Source: a virus (lineage: Duplodnaviria; Heunggongvirae; Uroviricota; Caudoviricetes). Taken from it: 8,493 nt of DNA. The stretch lies in the IMG/VR virus record IMGVR_UViG_2541047885_000003. The stretch is one strand, 5' to 3'. A program made the translations under genes and the position numbers. Positions 1-7,407 of this stretch are shown piece after piece (position 1 is the stretch's first letter; each line of letters starts with the position of its first letter). The notes below the pieces were generated by a model. The model was not told the DNA's origin. It did no database searches and was given only the letters and a program-made list of their open reading frames with translations.

Positions 1-287
1 AGTGTTTGTGCGGCAAGTATGCCAAACCAGTCGGCGGCATTCCGCAGCCGCTTCAGGAGAGCCACGTCAGATAATGTTGCAACGTCATGGAGCTGAGCCC
101 ATGCAGTGACTTCACGTAATGACATCCCCCCGGGGCCGTAAGCCAGCCCCAGACGTAGCAGAGTTGCAGCATCACGAATTTCGCGGCGGCGGGTTAGAGC
201 CCCGGCATTACGTGCCGAAGTATCCAGTTCTTCGGGCTTACCAATATGGGCCAGAATTGCTGACCAGTTATCGTGAGAGTAATTCAT
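1..287 (-). CDS. insL: IS186 transposase, N-terminal ~95 codons (5' partial in window; no stop before the window edge)
   Basis: Minus-strand ATG at 285-287; translation MNYSHDNWSAILAHIGKPEELDTSARNAGALTRRREIRDAATLLRLGLAYGPGGMSLREVTAWAQLHDVATLSDVALLKRLRNAADWFGILAAQT matches my recollection of the IS186 InsL N-terminus. Not in the ORF track because it is truncated by the window edge. Confidence 0.8.
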   Translation of the reverse strand, partial: MNYSHDNWSAILAHIGKPEELDTSARNAGALTRRREIRDAATLLRLGLAYGPGGMSLREVTAWAQLHDVATLSDVALLKRLRNAADWFGILAAQT

Positions 288-319
288 CGGCACGTTAAAT
301 CATATCAGGCGTAATACCA

Positions 320-342
320 CAACCCTTAAGTTAGCGCTTATG
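320..342. repeat. IS186 terminal inverted repeat
   Basis: caacccttaagttagcgcttatg at the element boundary; the flank begins GGGAGAATCCC, the kind of G..C-bracketed target IS186 is known to prefer. Confidence 0.65.
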
Positions 343-397
343 GGGAGAATCCCTCGCCACCTCTGATGTGTCAGGCATCCTCAACGCACCCGCACTT

Positions 398-426
398 AAC
401 CCGCTTCGGCGGGTTTTGTTTTTTCC
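398..426 (+). terminator. Rho-independent terminator
   Basis: 7-bp GC-rich stem aacccgc / gcgggtt (398-404 / 409-415) with ttcg loop, followed by ttgttttttcc. Confidence 0.6.
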
Positions 427-496
427 TGGCATTCTGGTTTACAATTCGCACGCCAGCCTGAACAACTGGCACCTGCTGCGCCAGCAGAGACAACCG

Positions 497-775
497 ATGG
501 CGCACGATACCAAATTACACAATTCTGATGATTCTGCCGTCTTTGCCAGCAGGCACGGGCGGTGTTCCCGCACTTTCAAATCTGACTGGTTCCAGCATCC
601 CCCATGCACTGAAGAACAGGCCGAGTGGCTAATTCAGTGCTACCGCAGACACGGATACGAGATTAAGAAAGCCCTCAGCCTCGATTATCGTCACTGGATA
701 ATCTCCGTCAGGCTTCCTTACTCCGAACGCCCACCGCGTCCGTCCCGCACATTCCAGCAACGCATCTGGAGGTAA
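497..775 (+). CDS. hypothetical small protein; start uncertain (track ORF starts at GTG 368, but that would read through the terminator at 398-426; first in-frame ATG is 497)
   Basis: Only open frame in 368-775; its stop TAA (773-775) sits 1 nt before the GTG start of the next gene, which has a GGAGG Shine-Dalgarno inside this ORF's 3' end (translational coupling). No family recognised; Cys/His-containing. Confidence 0.3.
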   Translation: MAHDTKLHNSDDSAVFASRHGRCSRTFKSDWFQHPPCTEEQAEWLIQCYRRHGYEIKKALSLDYRHWIISVRLPYSERPPRPSRTFQQRIWR

Positions 776-776
776 C

Positions 777-1708
777 GTGCGGGTATTACTTCGATCTGTT
801 CTGGTACCGGAACTCGGGCTGGTGATCGTTAAGCCGGGCCGTGAATCCATGCCGGTATTCCACAATACCCGGTTACTGGTGGAGCCGGAACCGAAAAGCA
901 TGCGTAATCTGCCGTCCGGGGTCGTTCCTGCCGCTCGCCAGCCGCTGGTGGAAGACAAAACATTGCTGCCGTTTTTCAGTAACGCACGGGTGATTCGTGC
1001 TGCTGGTGGTGCTGGTGCATTGTCTGACTGGCTGTTGCGCCATATTAAATCCTGCCAGTGGCCACACGGCGATTATCATCACAGCGAAACCGTCATTCAC
1101 CGTTATGGTACCGGCGCAATGGTGTTGTGCTGGCACTGCGATAACCAGCTGCGTGACCAGACATCCGAATCACTCGAGCAACTTGCTCATCAAAACCTGT
1201 CAGCATGGATGATTGACGTCATCGGTCACGCAATAAGCGGTACGCAGGAGCGTGAATTATCTCTGGCTGAATTATCCTGGTGGGCGGTCCGCAATCAGGT
1301 GGCGGACGCGCTACCGGAAGTGGTATTACGTCGTTCGCTGGGGTTGCGTGCGGAAAAAATCCGCTCAATGTACCGTGAAAGCGACATCGTACCGGGAGAG
1401 CAGACCGCCACCAGCATACTGAAACAGCGCACAAAAAATATTGCGCCGCTGCCTCACGCCCACCAGCAACAGAACCCACCACAGGAAAAGACGGTGGTAA
1501 GCCAGCCGACGATCCCCATCACCTGATTGGTCATGGTCAGGGCGGAATGGGGACAAAATCTCACGATATTTTCACGCTACCGCTGTGTCGGGAGCATCAC
1601 AACGAGCTTCATGCGGATCCTCTGGCGTTCGAAGAAAAGCATGGTTCTCAGGTTGATTTAATTTTTCGTTTTCTTGATCACGCCTTTGCAACTGGCGTGC
1701 TTGGGTAA
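777..1708 (+). pseudogene. DUF968/YdfU-like nin-region protein with C-terminal HNH-like motif, apparently disrupted by a frameshift
   Basis: GTG 777 with GGAGG SD; 249-codon ORF ends at 1526. A second frame (open 1379-1708, no convincing start) encodes DPHHLIGHGQGGMGTKSHDIFTLPLCREHHNELH, an HNH-type signature. The frame change must lie within 1379-1523. The DUF968 assignment is from memory. Confidence 0.5.
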
Positions 1709-1720
1709 AAGAGGTGACTG

Positions 1721-2080
1721 ATGCTCATAGATTTGGTTTTACCTTACCCGCCGACGGTGAACACTTACTGGCGACGCCGTGGCAGCACATATTTTATCTC
1801 GGAGGAGGGAAAGCGTTATCGCCGGGCTGTGGCGCTTATTGTTCGCCAGCAGCGGCTGAAATTAAGCCTGTCCGGAAGGCTGGCGATAAAGGTGATTGCA
1901 GAGCCACCGGATAAGCGTCGTCGCGACCTGGACAATATCCTGAAAGCACCGCTGGATGCGCTGACGCATGCGGGAGTGTTAATGGACGATGAGCAGTTTG
2001 ATGAAATCAATATTGTACGTGGTCAGCCAGTATCTGGTGGACGGCTGGGTGTGAAGATTTACAAAATTGAGAGTGAGTGA
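1721..2080 (+). CDS. rusA: Holliday-junction resolvase RusA
   Basis: 119 aa; strong SD AAGAGGTGA 5 nt upstream of ATG; contains RRRDLDN and LMDDEQFD blocks equivalent to the acidic catalytic residues of E. coli RusA; position just upstream of Q is typical of lambdoid nin regions. Confidence 0.9.
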   Translation: MLIDLVLPYPPTVNTYWRRRGSTYFISEEGKRYRRAVALIVRQQRLKLSLSGRLAIKVIAEPPDKRRRDLDNILKAPLDALTHAGVLMDDEQFDEINIVRGQPVSGGRLGVKIYKIESE

Positions 2081-2643
2081 GCGTAAATATGATATATCCG
2101 GAAATTACAGGCAAAAGCGGCGAGCATTTACGTCTAAAAACGCTGGAAGCAGTCTGGATCCAGGGGAAATTACGGATGTGGGGGCGGTGGTCGTATATTG
2201 GCGGCGGTAAGACGGGAAATATGTTCAACCAATTACTGACCTCTAAAAAGCTGACAAAAACGGCAATTAACGAGGCGCTCCGGAGGATGAAAAAAGCTGG
2301 TCTGGACAAACCTGAACTTGAGGCTTTTTTGCGGGATATGATCAACGGCAATCAAAAAAGCTGGCTGGCACATTGTACCGATTCAGAGGCGTTAATAATC
2401 GACAGGGTTATTGGTGAAGTCCTGGCAGGCTATCCCGGGCTGCTCAATGTCCTGAGTCAGCGTTATGTGGGGCGGGGGATGACTAAGCGCAAAATGGCTG
2501 AACTGCTGAATGATGCACACCCGGAATGGAGTTTAAGAACCTGTGAAAGACGCATTGAGCATTGGCTAAAGGTGGCAGAATTTATTTTGTACAAACCAAT
2601 GGTTATGGCTTTTGGTATAGAGGAAAAAGTTATTGCTTTTTGA
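2077..2643 (+). CDS. late-gene antiterminator Q-like protein (alternative start ATG 2089)
   Basis: 188 aa ORF immediately after rusA and followed within ~80 bp by a strong intrinsic terminator, the canonical Q-PR'-tR' arrangement. Assignment rests mainly on synteny; sequence family not confirmed. Confidence 0.55.
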   Translation: MSVNMIYPEITGKSGEHLRLKTLEAVWIQGKLRMWGRWSYIGGGKTGNMFNQLLTSKKLTKTAINEALRRMKKAGLDKPELEAFLRDMINGNQKSWLAHCTDSEALIIDRVIGEVLAGYPGLLNVLSQRYVGRGMTKRKMAELLNDAHPEWSLRTCERRIEHWLKVAEFILYKPMVMAFGIEEKVIAF

Positions 2644-2720
2644 CGTAAAAACTGCTTCAATTCCGGTACGCTTCGCAAAGCTGTACCACGAGGCGAATAG
2701 CAGACATGGACATTTGAAAG

Positions 2721-2746
2721 AGCCCGCTTTTTGCGGGTTTTTTTAT
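2721..2746 (+). terminator. Rho-independent terminator, tR'-like (end of the short PR' leader transcript)
   Basis: agcccgc-ttttt-gcgggtt hairpin followed by a T7 run (tttttttat). Confidence 0.7.
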
Positions 2747-2867
2747 GCCTGAAAAACGGCACAGAACATTAAACGCGCTGGTGGTTGCGAATACCGGTCT
2801 TTCAGCTTGCTGGCTTTTCCGACAAGAGTTATTGGTATGTTACGTTAACCAGAAAAGGGAAAAAGAC

Positions 2868-3065
2868 ATGCTAAAACAGCAGGATATGACCGAAACCGCC
2901 AGAGTGGTGTTTAATGAGTTAAGCGTCACCGAACCGGCGACAGTCGGGGAGATTGCACAGAATACTTACCTTTCACGCGAACGCTGCCAGTTAATACTGA
3001 CCCAGCTTGTTATGGCGGGTCTGGCAGACTATCAGTTTGGTTGTTACAGACACCTTCAGTCCTGA
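2868..3065 (+). CDS. small (65 aa) putative winged-helix DNA-binding protein, PapI/FaeA-like pattern
   Basis: ATG 2868 preceded by AAAAGGGA SD; MLKQQDMTETARVVFNELSVTEPATVGEIAQNTYLSRERCQLILTQLVMAGLADYQFGCYRHLQS has the name-TxxEIA-helix layout of small wHTH regulators. The track ORF start at 2745 lies inside the tR' T-tract and has no RBS. Confidence 0.45.
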   Translation: MLKQQDMTETARVVFNELSVTEPATVGEIAQNTYLSRERCQLILTQLVMAGLADYQFGCYRHLQS

Positions 3066-3080
3066 AGGCTTTTTTATTTG
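3053..3080 (+). terminator. Rho-independent terminator overlapping the stop codon of the small wHTH ORF
   Basis: ccttca-gtcc-tgaagg stem-loop followed by cttttttatttg. Confidence 0.55.
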
Positions 3081-3394
3081 TGGTAAATGGGCGGCTGGTG
3101 GGTGTGGTGGTTGTTGCTTTCCCGTTGCTGAAAAAGAAAACGCCAGACTGTTAGCCGGGTATCAGTTATCTGGAGAAATTTTTAAATACCTCACAATTCA
3201 GGCGGTTGACTGTTGTCTGGTTTGCGGGGAGTTTGTTAAAAGAAACTGGCATGGTGAATCCCCCTGTGCGGAGGGGCAATCAGCAACTGGTGTTTTGTCA
3301 CCGACCCTTATCCTTTCTGTGCGGGTTCAGGTGCTGATACTGAACTCACCGGGAGGCACCCGGCATCATGCAATGGCACATAGCGCCACTCTCC

Positions 3395-3430
3395 AGCCCC
3401 TCTCCGGAGGGGCTGTTTATATTGATTTTG
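3395..3430 (+). terminator. Rho-independent terminator ending a ~330 bp non-coding stretch
   Basis: Perfect 8-bp stem agcccctc / gaggggct with tccg loop, followed by gtttatattgattttg. On the minus strand it is preceded, not followed, by the U-rich tract, so it is + strand specific. Confidence 0.5.
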
Positions 3431-3446
3431 TCAGATGTGAGTAAAC

Positions 3447-3480
3447 TCCTTATGGACTTTGTTGTTTTAGTCCATAAGGA
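3447..3480. terminator. perfect 12-bp inverted repeat (hairpin) between convergent transcription units; possible bidirectional terminator
   Basis: tccttatggact (3447-3458), 10-nt loop ttgttgtttt, agtccataagga (3469-3480); overlaps the last codons of the minus-strand ORF 3450-3785. Confidence 0.4.
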
Positions 3481-3785
3481 CATATTTGCAGAGTGCAACG
3501 GTTATTAAAGCATTCATTCAATACGTTATCTGTATTTGTAGGACATTCCTGGCTGTTTTTGATTAAATTCCAGAATGTTTTATTGAATGGTGCTACGTTG
3601 TAAATGGTTACAGGTAGCACTTTGTTATTGAGCATGATACCTGTGTGAGTCAGTGTAAATATACTTTCAGGAGGTAAGAAAGCATCCGATTGATACCAGA
3701 TTATTAATTTTATTTTACTCCATATGACTGAAAAAGATATTCCGCATGATGGCTGGATAACTGTATCAATCACAATCCACTTCAT
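3450..3785 (-). CDS. hypothetical protein (111 aa), ORFan in AT-rich island, transcribed opposite to the phage late operon
   Basis: Minus-strand ATG 3783-3785 with AAGGA SD about 6 nt upstream; five Cys in the C-terminal third (QECPTN...[16 protein letters not shown]); base composition far more AT-rich than the flanks. No family recognised. Confidence 0.4.
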   Translation of the reverse strand: MKWIVIDTVIQPSCGISFSVIWSKIKLIIWYQSDAFLPPESIFTLTHTGIMLNNKVLPVTIYNVAPFNKTFWNLIKNSQECPTNTDNVLNECFNNRCTLQICPYGLKQQSP

Positions 3786-3825
3786 TTAGTTTCCTTGTTT
3801 ATGTCTTGCTGGTGATGTTCTGAAA

Positions 3826-3852
3826 AGTATAAATGATATTTTTGAATGTAAA
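3826..3852 (-). promoter_or_regulatory. candidate sigma70 promoter for the minus-strand ORFan
   Basis: On the minus strand: -35 TTTACA (3847-3852), 15-nt spacer, -10 TATACT (3826-3831), about 40 nt upstream of the start codon. Spacer is short and AT-rich DNA yields chance matches. Confidence 0.25.
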
Positions 3853-4045
3853 CCATAGAGCAGAATTATTTTTCTGATGTTGTTTATTGTTTATTTAAAT
3901 GCAGGGTGGTTTATATCTCGTCTTGTAGTTTATCCATGCATATCTGCTTGATGATGAGGTTTTTATTTAAGGTATGGTTTTGTGTTTTTTCTGTATTACA
4001 TGTCAGGTATTTTAAAGAATTATTTTTCAGATGGTGGAAAGAACC

Positions 4046-6006
4046 ATGGCATTTAAACACTATGATGTTGTCAGGGCGGCATCGCCGTCAGACCTTGCGA
4101 AACGACTGACACAAAAACTGAAGGAGGGGTGGCAGCCATTTGGCAGTCCGGTGGCCATCACGCCTTATACCCTGATGCAGGCCATTGCGGCGGAAGGTGA
4201 TGTCACCACACCTGTGGTGGTGAAGCCGTCGGATGGAGAAGGCGCAGTTATCAGCACCACCAGCAACCCGGAGTATTACTTTGTTGTTGCCCTAGCCGGG
4301 CGGTCAAACGGTATGGCGTATGGTGAAGGGCTTCCGCTGCCGGAGACATATGACCGTCCGGACCCGCGTATTAAACAGCTGGCGCGTCGCAGCACTGTCA
4401 CGCCGGGTGGTGCGTCCTGTAACTACAATGACATTATTCCTGCGGACCACTGCCTGCATGATGTTCAGGATTTGAGTAAGTTTTCACACCCGAAAGCCAG
4501 CGCAGCTCAGTATGGATGCGTGGGGCAGGGATTACATATCGCGAAGAAATTGTTGCCGTTTATTCCGGCGAATGCCGGTATTCTTCTGGTTCCGTGCTGC
4601 CGTGGTGGTTCTGCATTTTTGGCGGGCGATGAAGGTACCTTCAGCGAATCCACCGGCGCAAGCGAGACCTCGGCACGCTGGGGTGTTGATAAGCCACTGT
4701 ACAAGGACCTGCTTACCCGTACTCAGGCCGCACTGAAGGCCAACCCTAAAAATATTCTGCTTGCAGTGGTCTGGATGCAGGGCGAGTTTGATTTGAAACA
4801 GGGTGCATACGCCACTCAGCCGGGGCTGTTTGATTCCATGGTGGAAAAATATCGTTCTGACCTGTCGGAATTCGGAGGTCAGTGTCTCGGGGGCTCTCCG
4901 TCATCAGTTCCCTGGATTTGTGGCGACACGACCTACTACTGGAAGCAGACTTATTCTTCGCAATACGATGCGGTGTATGGTGCATATAAGACGAAATCCG
5001 CAAAAAAATCTTCTTTGTGCCGTTTATGACGGATGAAAACGGGCGAAATGTGGGTACCAACGAGCCGTCAGAAGATCCGGATGTTGCGGATATTGGGTAT
5101 TACGGAGCCGGTGGTCGAACGGACGCCAAAACCTGGACGACGGCCGACCGTAAAACGCATTTTGGATCATGGGCACGTCGTGGGATTATTTCCGACCGTC
5201 TGGCAACGGCGATTCTTGTGCATGCCGGGAGAAACGCTGAATTCATTACCGGAAAACAGCCTGATACGGTGAAGCCCACCGGACCTTCCGGTGAAGGTAC
5301 GGAGAGAGAGCCGGAAGCCCCGGTCAGTAACCGAACCCTGATGAGTCTGCTGGCGTCCGGCGAAGACCTGGCATCACAGGGCTGGCGCTATTATCACAAA
5401 CCGGCGAGCGGAGACAATGTTAACAAAAACATTGCTGAAGCGGTGGTCAGTGATGCGGGGGCTACGGGAGGTAAGGCCCTGCAACTGAATAAACCGGAAA
5501 ACCACATCTGGTTTCTGGAGCATGATGCAGCCGGACAGGGAGTGGAGTTACTGAAGAAGGGGGGACGTGTGAGCGTACGGTTTAAGTTGCCGGGTTCACT
5601 GGTGCCGAATCAGTTTGCCCTGGGCATTTACTGGCAGTTGTCGTCCCTGCCGGAGGGAGTGACGCTGGCAGAGGAAGGCAACGACATGCTGATGTCCTTC
5701 TTCCTGCAGACGGATGCGACGAACCTGAACGCGATGCACCACAAGAAGCCGAATGCGAAGCTGGATACGTTCGGGGTCTTTGATAACGGATGGCACACAC
5801 TGGCTTTTGAGTTTGCCGGAAACAACAGCATTCAGGTGACGCCGGTACTGGATGAGAAACGGGGGACGCCGTTCACACTGGTGAAATCTCCGGCATCAGG
5901 GGCGGCGGACAAACTGCAACTGACAGGCATATCAAAGGCGGCGACATATACGCTGCTGATTGACAGTGTGAAGGTGGAAGTGAACAACGCGGATGCCGCG
6001 GCATGA
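4046..6006 (+). pseudogene. nanS: prophage sialate O-acetylesterase (NanS-p-like: N-terminal DUF1737-like region + SGNH/SASA esterase + C-terminal domain), interrupted by a frameshift at an A7 tract (5002-5008)
   Basis: Frame A 4046-5029 (MAFKHYDVVRAASPSDL..., contains the GRSNG esterase block) and frame B 5017-6006 together total ~655 codons, the size of intact NanS-p as I recall it. The frames overlap at gcAAAAAAAtc; adding one A (or removing two) fuses them into ...SAKKIFFVPFMTDENG.... Confidence 0.65.
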
Positions 6007-6142
6007 TAAAAAAAGGCCGCCAGCGGCAGGAATGGAAGCTGGCGGAGGTAATCCCAATGGAGAATGTAAAGAAAAGATGCTTTCGTATATCGGTTTTTTA
6101 AATGAAAACAGTTCTCATTGTCAACCATAACGGTAAGAAATT

Positions 6143-6325
6143 ATGACATTTATTCATCAGGTGATGCTGTACTTCTGTACGGCAGTCTGTGTTATGTATC
6201 TTCTTTCGGGTGGGTACAGGGCAGTGCGCGATTTCTGGCGCAGGCAGATTGATAAAAGGGCCGCTGAGAGAATCAGCGCCAGTCAGTCAGCCGGAAGCAA
6301 ACCCGAAGATCCGCTCATTCCGTAG
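6143..6325 (+). CDS. hypothetical small protein (60 aa) with one hydrophobic segment
   Basis: ATG 6143 with a weak RBS; N-terminal VMLYFCTAVCVMYLL looks like a single transmembrane helix. Overlaps the implausible N-terminal extension of the 6189 track ORF. Confidence 0.3.
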   Translation: MTFIHQVMLYFCTAVCVMYLLSGGYRAVRDFWRRQIDKRAAERISASQSAGSKPEDPLIP

Positions 6326-6362
6326 TCACTTTCTTGACAACACCTTTCAACGAGAAAATCCC

Positions 6363-6608
6363 ATGTCAGAAATCACATCCCTGGTCACTGCTGAGGCAGT
6401 GAAGGAAGTCCTGCGCTCTGAAGAAGTCCTGAGCGCACTGAAACAGAAACTCCGCCAGAACCTTGAGGCGCGTCTTGATGCAGAAGTGGATGCCATTCTG
6501 GATGAGCTGCTGGGCGTACCAGCGGTTCCGGAGCCGGAAGGTATCGCGGGTGACGGGAGTGCTTCAGATGGCGGTGAACCCACACCTGACAGCGACATGA
6601 TGATGTAA
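6363..6608 (+). CDS. hypothetical small acidic protein (81 aa)
   Basis: ATG 6363 (internal Met of track ORF 6189-6608); helical N-terminal half and strongly acidic Pro/Gly/Asp-rich tail ([26 protein letters not shown]). Small ORFs occupy this position between nanS-p and the holin in Stx-type prophages. Confidence 0.45.
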   Translation: MSEITSLVTAEAVKEVLRSEEVLSALKQKLRQNLEARLDAEVDAILDELLGVPAVPEPEGIAGDGSASDGGEPTPDSDMMM

Positions 6609-6684
6609 GCCTGCGCAAGGGACCATCGGTGTGTGCCGGTGGTCTTTATATTGTTGTGAGCTTCCGGATAACGGGAGACGGGGT

Positions 6685-6900
6685 ATGTACCAGATGGAAA
6701 AAATCACAACAGGTGTGTCATACACCACGTCAGCGGTGGGAACGGGCTACTGGTTCCTGCAGTTGCTGGACAGGGTTTCCCCGTCTCAGTGGGCGGCAAT
6801 AGGCGTGCTGGGGAGTCTGCTGTTTGGGCTGCTGACGTACCTGACTAACCTGTATTTCAAAATCAAAGAGGACCGGCGTAAGGCGGCGCGGGGAGAGTAA
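6685..6900 (+). CDS. S: class II holin, phage 21 S-type (pinholin-like), with possible dual start (Met1 6685 / Met4 6694)
   Basis: [71 protein letters not shown]: two transmembrane segments plus a charged C-terminus; near-identical in pattern to the S21/933W-type holins as I remember them; GGGAGA SD upstream. Confidence 0.85.
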   Translation: MYQMEKITTGVSYTTSAVGTGYWFLQLLDRVSPSQWAAIGVLGSLLFGLLTYLTNLYFKIKEDRRKAARGE

Positions 6901-6904
6901 AGTG

Positions 6905-7393
6905 ATGAATAAAAAATATGAACTGGTTGTTAAGGGGATAAATAATTACGGGGATAAGGTTACTGTTACTGTGAAGCCGGAAGGTGACGGGCAAGCGTCG
7001 CTGTTGTTGCCAGATGTGGCGATTAGTCTTGACCGTACTGAAGGTGCCACGCTGGAGTTTTACGAAGCTGAGGCGAAAAAGCAGGCGAAGCAGTTTTTCA
7101 TGGATGTTGCTGCCGGGTTATGTGAAGGGAACGAACCGTTGCCGGAAAAGCGCCCCATAATTTTAGAGGCGCAGGATGTGTTGATAACCTACAAAGGAAA
7201 GCTACCGGGAAGAATTACTGATGCTCTGAAGATGCCGCCGTCAACACTGCGGTCAGAAAAAGATGATGTTGAATCACGTATTGAAAAACTGGAGCGCTAT
7301 ATCGCTGAATTGAAAAAAAGCGCCCCAACAAAAAATGAGGTGCTTGCAGCAGATGAAATGAAAGAAGCTATTCTTGATCGCGCGGGCATCTAA
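6905..7393 (+). CDS. hypothetical protein (162 aa) inside the lysis cassette; possibly DUF1327/YdfR-like
   Basis: ATG 6905 (GTG 6902 also in frame) with GGAGAG SD overlapping the holin stop; beta-rich N-terminal half and a predicted coiled-coil C-terminus (ESRIEKLERYIAELKK). The family guess is from memory of the essQ-ydfR-rrrQ arrangement in the Qin prophage and is unverified. Confidence 0.55.
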   Translation: MNKKYELVVKGINNYGDKVTVTVKPEGDGQASLLLPDVAISLDRTEGATLEFYEAEAKKQAKQFFMDVAAGLCEGNEPLPEKRPIILEAQDVLITYKGKLPGRITDALKMPPSTLRSEKDDVESRIEKLERYIAELKKSAPTKNEVLAADEMKEAILDRAGI

Positions 7394-7407
7394 GCTGCGC
7401 TTCACGA

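Larger units (their letters stand above)
1..342 (-). mobile_element. IS186 (IS4-family) insertion sequence, partial; one terminus at 342, element continues past the window start
   Basis: Reverse complement of 320-342 is CATAAGCGCTAACTTAAGGGTTG, which I recognise as the IS186 terminal inverted repeat, followed inward by the transposase start. Recognised from memory, not searched. Confidence 0.8.

Noticed and set aside
3007-3444. 145-aa + strand ORF as a protein-coding gene
   Set aside because: Translation is Cys/Gly/Trp-rich and low-complexity (AAGGCGGCCFPVAE...), there is no RBS, and the start is inside the preceding gene. More likely non-coding (see the sRNA candidate).
3065-3450. tRNA genes, which occupy this position in 933W-type Stx phages
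   Set aside because: Scanning by eye found no T-arm (GGTTCGAATCC-like) motif or acceptor-stem complementarity here or elsewhere in the window; not a formal search.
2750-4030. stxA/stxB toxin genes at the Q-to-nanS-p locus
   Set aside because: No + strand ORFs of appropriate size (~320 aa and ~90 aa with signal peptides) exist in this interval; the space is filled by the small wHTH ORF, a non-coding stretch and the AT-rich ORFan island.
3906-4109. 67-aa + strand ORF in the AT-rich region
   Set aside because: Overlaps the nanS-p start in another frame, has no RBS, and its composition (Phe/Cys/Trp-rich) reflects AT-rich sequence rather than a real protein.
6189-6362. N-terminal extension of track ORF 6189-6608
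   Set aside because: The extension overlaps the 6143 ORF in another frame, has no RBS, and reads poorly; the internal ATG at 6363 gives a more plausible 81-aa product.
6334-6365. Perfect TTGACA -35 hexamer at 6334-6339 as a promoter for the 6363 ORF
   Set aside because: No acceptable -10 element at 16-18 bp spacing (downstream is gagaaaatccc); a lone -35 match is not sufficient.
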